A stretch of 64,000 nt of DNA from Bdellovibrionota bacterium. Its GTDB lineage: Bacteria; Bdellovibrionota; UBA1018; CAIPTA01; JAALKR01. The stretch lies in the NCBI GenBank assembly GCA_965207455.1, contig CBDBMJ010000001.1, positions 222,644-286,643 of the forward strand, read 5' to 3'. This document shows, one piece after another, positions 61,201-64,000 of this stretch (position 1 is the stretch's first letter; every line of letters begins with the position of its first letter). The notes under the pieces are model-generated. The model was not told the origin of the DNA, ran no database searches, and saw only the letters and a list, made by a program, of their open reading frames with translations. A program made the position numbers and the translations under genes.

Positions 61201-62663
61201 GTACGACAACTAGCCGTCCATTAGCAGTATTTGTACCAATATATAATGTGACAGAAATCAAAGCAGGAGGAAAGCATACCTGTGCATTGACCTATACTGG
61301 AAGGGTATGGTGTTGGGGGAGTAATCAATATGGTCAACTGAGTGCTCGAGTTTTAGGCACAAATGATTTTTATGTACGGCCTATAAATGTTCAAGGACTT
61401 TCTGGAATTAAGGCAATTGCACTAGGGGATGAACACACCTGTGCGCTTTTAAGTAATAAGACTGTAAAATGTTGGGGGAGGAATAATAAAAATCAACTGG
61501 GCAATGGACGTTCCTATGGTAATTTTCCCACTCCTTTTCCAGTGAAAAAGACAGGTGGAGGTTCTCTTACGGGCATAAGCATTTCACCTGGGCGCACTTC
61601 TCTTGTGGCAGGAAGTGCCCATACCTGCGCCTTAACAGAAGTAATAGGGGCAGCTCTATCCTCTGTATATTGCTGGGGTGCTAACGATAGAAAGCAGGTT
61701 GGGCAAGCGAGTGGAGTTAATTTTCCAACAGCTAAACTACTACCAACGGTTTCTGGTACTGATCTTGAAATAGCTGGAGGTCTTTATCATAATTGCTTTC
61801 GAGATGGCTCTAAGGTGAAATGTTGGGGAGATAATACATATAAACAGTTTAGTGCCAGCACTACTGAACCTAATGCTAATAGCAGTGCCAATCCTTTAGG
61901 TCTTTCTCAGTGTGATGAGTCTGGTGAGATAGGTAACGATGGTGCTGTAACCTATGAATCTGTGGGCTGGGGAGTTGACTTTTCTTCTCAGGTCTTTGAT
62001 ATATGGGACTATGTGGAAGAAACTGTGACTCTAGAAGAGGCACGTGTTTTGGTGGAAGGGAGAGTAAATAGCGTTGATGATGATGGAAAGGTGGTTTGCA
62101 ATAACTGTAATGCTACAGCTTATTTTCTCAACGAAGCTGGACGTGCATATGATTTAGGATCAAAATCAATTGCATCAGAATGTGTGGTTTCTAGTAGCAC
62201 TAATTTTGTGGCTGGGCTTTTTATGTGTTATAGATTTATTATTGCAGCTCGAAATACCCCCCTTTCCATTTCAGGAACAGTCATCACCAATGATTTATCG
62301 ATAGATGAAAGCGCATTGAAAGCAGGGATTACATGGTCTAATATTTGGCACCCATTGGCGGTGTATAACTTAAGGAAAACAAAAATATTGAAGAGAGTAG
62401 CGGATCTGGGAAATGGAGAAGAATGTGGTTCTAGAGAAAGCTCCGGCTTTGTGTTGAATGATGTGCCTGGCAGTGCAAGTGTTGAGAATTATAAATCTTG
62501 TAGCTCTTCATCTTTATTAAACGAGGGGGAAAAAGGTGTTAATTTTAAATGGACAGAAGTAGATCCGGACTGTGGTCAACCCCTTGCTAACGGAGCGGAA
62601 AATAAGTGTAAATCTCATAAAAAGAGATATGGGATGAGGCGTATTTTCTCCGTGTTTAAATAA
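58293..62663 (+). CDS. Giant (1456 aa) PilX-N-like anchored protein with about 14 RCC1 (beta-propeller) repeats
   Basis: The N-terminus ENEKGLILILMSILISASAFLGVLV resembles the PilX N-terminal hydrophobic segment. There are 13 CWG.N..GQLG motifs plus one degenerate blade between about 59600 and 61870. The C-terminal ~260 aa are Cys-containing. Confidence 0.8.
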   Translation: MNRMFFRIKLWLTVFNASNFSANVEKNKKPLFENEKGLILILMSILISASAFLGVLVSQNFSLAKESLRTGDEVALMTAIEGLSATILTGIKSRWCFTRDLVPVDCNDGGKNVLNHWFSAERFLLKDSGWEAINEARKSQCERLRAGGVPLDSFVYPQNPSCNEILQDPNNPAKIPFDSIAIKDREMELSEEMIRGSDLLSDSLGGFLDSRGTRLRLKPPMVVRVARDENYPELGDEVYISVEITVTFELDKRSKKLEFKQVVAFYPRQLTSFGLILARDLYLGGEEVTSSAIGGCTLPGINEKFPYLSNPVEIGSIPFSQYNKYKGLKFLSPVFINGNLYVSDKKDKVVPVAFQSSVVLGGGRIVGHTPSLTNESQTKISSLKPGILNGVVQEASDKGLETFARQRVCVNLSSNQQACINEVEVDPRYGAKAVDAPLGGVISMATGFGVNCAHLEDGSLKCWGNGDPSSPNLMSNISFRNVRKIVLGERHACVLFNDDTTTAANEAGSVKCWGDNTSYQLGRGGGGVSAQYSVEPNGLGVVSEIVAGKYHTCAIKNSGSVECWGHGRYGELGDSRASSSEPVVVSGLTSVRQIALGWGHTCAVSNYGNVTCWGLNYSDQLGATTTETCDDATPCSKTPVAVSGLTNVRQIALGAEHTCALLSNKNVTCWGNNQYGQLGDGSTTNRRIPVVVSGLSNVEQIALGALHSCALLSNKSVQCWGNAGRRQLGNGGTTNRTRPVAVSSLSDVSKIYLREFHSCALLSDKTQKCWGSNGSQQLSAIDSPECSNDGTSFKCIPTPVNFYDGSTYDIYPNATFAAGKKHSCLVFEQEVLCGGDAQYEGRSSILGRGSSQNIGQSAKREYTAAGGLNNPISTARGVDTYGEHSCALIYESDDKPYEVKCWGRGDSGQLGNGGNSESEIPVFVDNTSGGRLSVYQIAIGGEHTCAIVPNTGQGSVMCWGKNDRGQLGDGTTTSRPLAVFVPIYNVTEIKAGGKHTCALTYTGRVWCWGSNQYGQLSARVLGTNDFYVRPINVQGLSGIKAIALGDEHTCALLSNKTVKCWGRNNKNQLGNGRSYGNFPTPFPVKKTGGGSLTGISISPGRTSLVAGSAHTCALTEVIGAALSSVYCWGANDRKQVGQASGVNFPTAKLLPTVSGTDLEIAGGLYHNCFRDGSKVKCWGDNTYKQFSASTTEPNANSSANPLGLSQCDESGEIGNDGAVTYESVGWGVDFSSQVFDIWDYVEETVTLEEARVLVEGRVNSVDDDGKVVCNNCNATAYFLNEAGRAYDLGSKSIASECVVSSSTNFVAGLFMCYRFIIAARNTPLSISGTVITNDLSIDESALKAGITWSNIWHPLAVYNLRKTKILKRVADLGNGEECGSRESSGFVLNDVPGSASVENYKSCSSSSLLNEGEKGVNFKWTEVDPDCGQPLANGAENKCKSHKKRYGMRRIFSVFK

Positions 62664-62688
62664 CCAATGTTAAGAGAGTAGCGTTCAG

Positions 62689-63276
62689 ATGAGAAAGTAT
62701 AATATTTTGAAGATTGTTAAAAAAAATGATGGCTTTACTTTAATTGAGGTCATGATAGCTTTTGTTATTCTAATAGCTTCGTTCTTTATTATTGAAAATG
62801 CTTTTCTACAACAGAAAAAATTTGTATTTCAGGTGGAAGGTTCTATTAATCGAAGTCTTGCATTTTCTGAAATTTTTCAAGGATTACAGGCAAATCTTTT
62901 AAGATATAATAAACATGATTATGATAGTGAATCCTTAATTAAGTGTCTCCAGCCGGATGGGGGGTTGAGAAAAGAACTTACTAAAGATATGAGAAAGTAT
63001 TTTTATGAGATCTCTCGTAATGGCACAAGCGATAATTTTAGCGATTTATATAATTGCTTTCAGATGGCCCTTTCTATTAAAGGGCTTACTTCTGTGATGA
63101 AATGTTCAGATTGCTCCGAGAGAGTGGGGATGATGATTGATCCGTATTATGTTGGTGGAAAACTTATTGAGGGAGTGTATAATGTACGTATTCTGTCCAT
63201 AAAAAAAATTAAAGGTGCAACTGGAGTAGGGACATATAAAGTAGGGAATTATTATAAGATGATTCTAGGGGGTTAA
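62689..63276 (+). CDS. Prepilin-type N-terminal cleavage/methylation domain protein (minor pilin/pseudopilin)
   Basis: MRKYNILKIVKKNDG|FTLIEVMIAFVILIASFF has the canonical G-F-T-L-I-E motif with a hydrophobic helix. Confidence 0.82.
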   Translation: MRKYNILKIVKKNDGFTLIEVMIAFVILIASFFIIENAFLQQKKFVFQVEGSINRSLAFSEIFQGLQANLLRYNKHDYDSESLIKCLQPDGGLRKELTKDMRKYFYEISRNGTSDNFSDLYNCFQMALSIKGLTSVMKCSDCSERVGMMIDPYYVGGKLIEGVYNVRILSIKKIKGATGVGTYKVGNYYKMILGG

Positions 63277-63279
63277 ATT

Positions 63280-64000
63280 TTGACTAGTCAGAATACAAAA
63301 CAAGCAGGCTTTACAATGGTAGAAATGATGGTGACAGCAGGATTGTTGGCATTATTCGTATTTTTTTCCTATGACATAATAACAAAAATGAATCAGAAAA
63401 GTATTAATCTGTCTTCTGAGCAGAAAAATTTGCTAGACACTGCCATCGCTTATAGAGTGCTGAATAAAGAATTAAAAAAAACCTATGTATCATTCTCTAA
63501 TATGTTAAGTCTTACAGATGAATTTAGGATTAGGAGGCGAGGTGCTAAATATTTTTTTGAATATTCTCAATCTGGAATGGAAAATGTGCTCCTTACTATC
63601 ACTTTAAGTAAGATTAAAAGAGCAGTTGTTTTTTTAAAGACTGGTCTTTTAGGTGAGGGAGTGCGTGGCGCAAGCATTGCTCCCTTTGAGCTTTTAGGAG
63701 TTAATTTTTTAAGAGAACGGTTGACGAGTGGTGGTTGCGATCCTAATGATATTAATACCAACTATAATTCTAACTGTGAATCGAAGGAGTACTCTCTAGA
63801 AAGATTTAAAGAAGCGGTTGAAGCAGCGGGGTGGTTGCAGGAAGAACAGCTTTTTTTGCTTTATTCGCCCATATGGCTAACCGTAACAGACAGGAATTTG
63901 AAGAAAAAAATAAAAACTCCTGCTGTTCTTTTGCAATACACTGGAGGCAAGTTTAAAAAATATGGTACCCCTGAAATTTCATTTGATTTTAGCATTCCTG
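63280..64000 (+). CDS. Second prepilin-type N-terminal domain protein (3' end off the window; not in the ORF track)
   Basis: Manual translation from TTG 63280 gives MTSQNTKQAG|FTMVEMMVTAGLLALFVFF... The frame stays open to position 64000. Confidence 0.7.
   Translation, partial: MTSQNTKQAGFTMVEMMVTAGLLALFVFFSYDIITKMNQKSINLSSEQKNLLDTAIAYRVLNKELKKTYVSFSNMLSLTDEFRIRRRGAKYFFEYSQSGMENVLLTITLSKIKRAVVFLKTGLLGEGVRGASIAPFELLGVNFLRERLTSGGCDPNDINTNYNSNCESKEYSLERFKEAVEAAGWLQEEQLFLLYSPIWLTVTDRNLKKKIKTPAVLLQYTGGKFKKYGTPEISFDFSIP

Overview
This window comes from a bacterial chromosome and holds four blocks. All family calls come from reading motifs by eye, because no database search was possible.

(1) 1-10019, + strand: the distal part of a division/cell-wall (dcw) cluster, mraY(partial)-murD-ftsW-murG-murC-murB-ftsQ-ftsA-ftsZ. 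No ddl is present.

(2) ~10.06-21.2 kb: a visibly more AT-rich accessory island between ftsZ and queA.
- It holds a paralogous family of repeat-rich lipoproteins and secreted proteins on the - strand.
- Three of these genes have near-identical TTGACT-N17-TAnAAT promoters.
- One paralog is split by a 1-nt frameshift in an A8 tract.
- An IS1202/ISNCY-like element is flanked by a perfect 20-bp direct repeat. Its transposase gene is decayed and interrupted by an intact IS3-family element.
- A third element with an rve-type transposase is also present.

(3) 21244-53635, - strand: queA, then a lipoprotein, then one continuous co-directional translation/transcription super-operon. Read 5'->3' on the - strand it is secE-nusG-rplKAJL-rpoBC-rpsLG-fusA-tuf-S10-spc-alpha.
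- rpmJ (26383-26499) is absent from the ORF track.
- rplX (L24) is missing from its canonical rplN/rplE slot.
- RpoA carries a ~110-aa tandem-repeat acidic tail.
- Several ribosomal proteins and NusG have low-complexity extensions.

(4) 53.8-64 kb: a surface/secretion locus.
- Two adjacent multi-domain cupredoxin (type-1 copper) proteins share a signal peptide.
- Next come a Cys-rich duplicated secreted protein and a secreted protein with EF-hand/dockerin-like Ca loops.
- A 1456-aa protein has a PilX-N-like hydrophobic anchor and about 14 RCC1 blades.
- At least two prepilin-type (GFT[LM][IV]E) minor pilin genes follow, and the last runs off the window.

I saw no rRNA, tRNA or CRISPR array. 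The best candidate for something undescribed is the RCC1 double-propeller/minor-pilin locus with its cupredoxin neighbours. The phase-variable-looking lipoprotein family is second.
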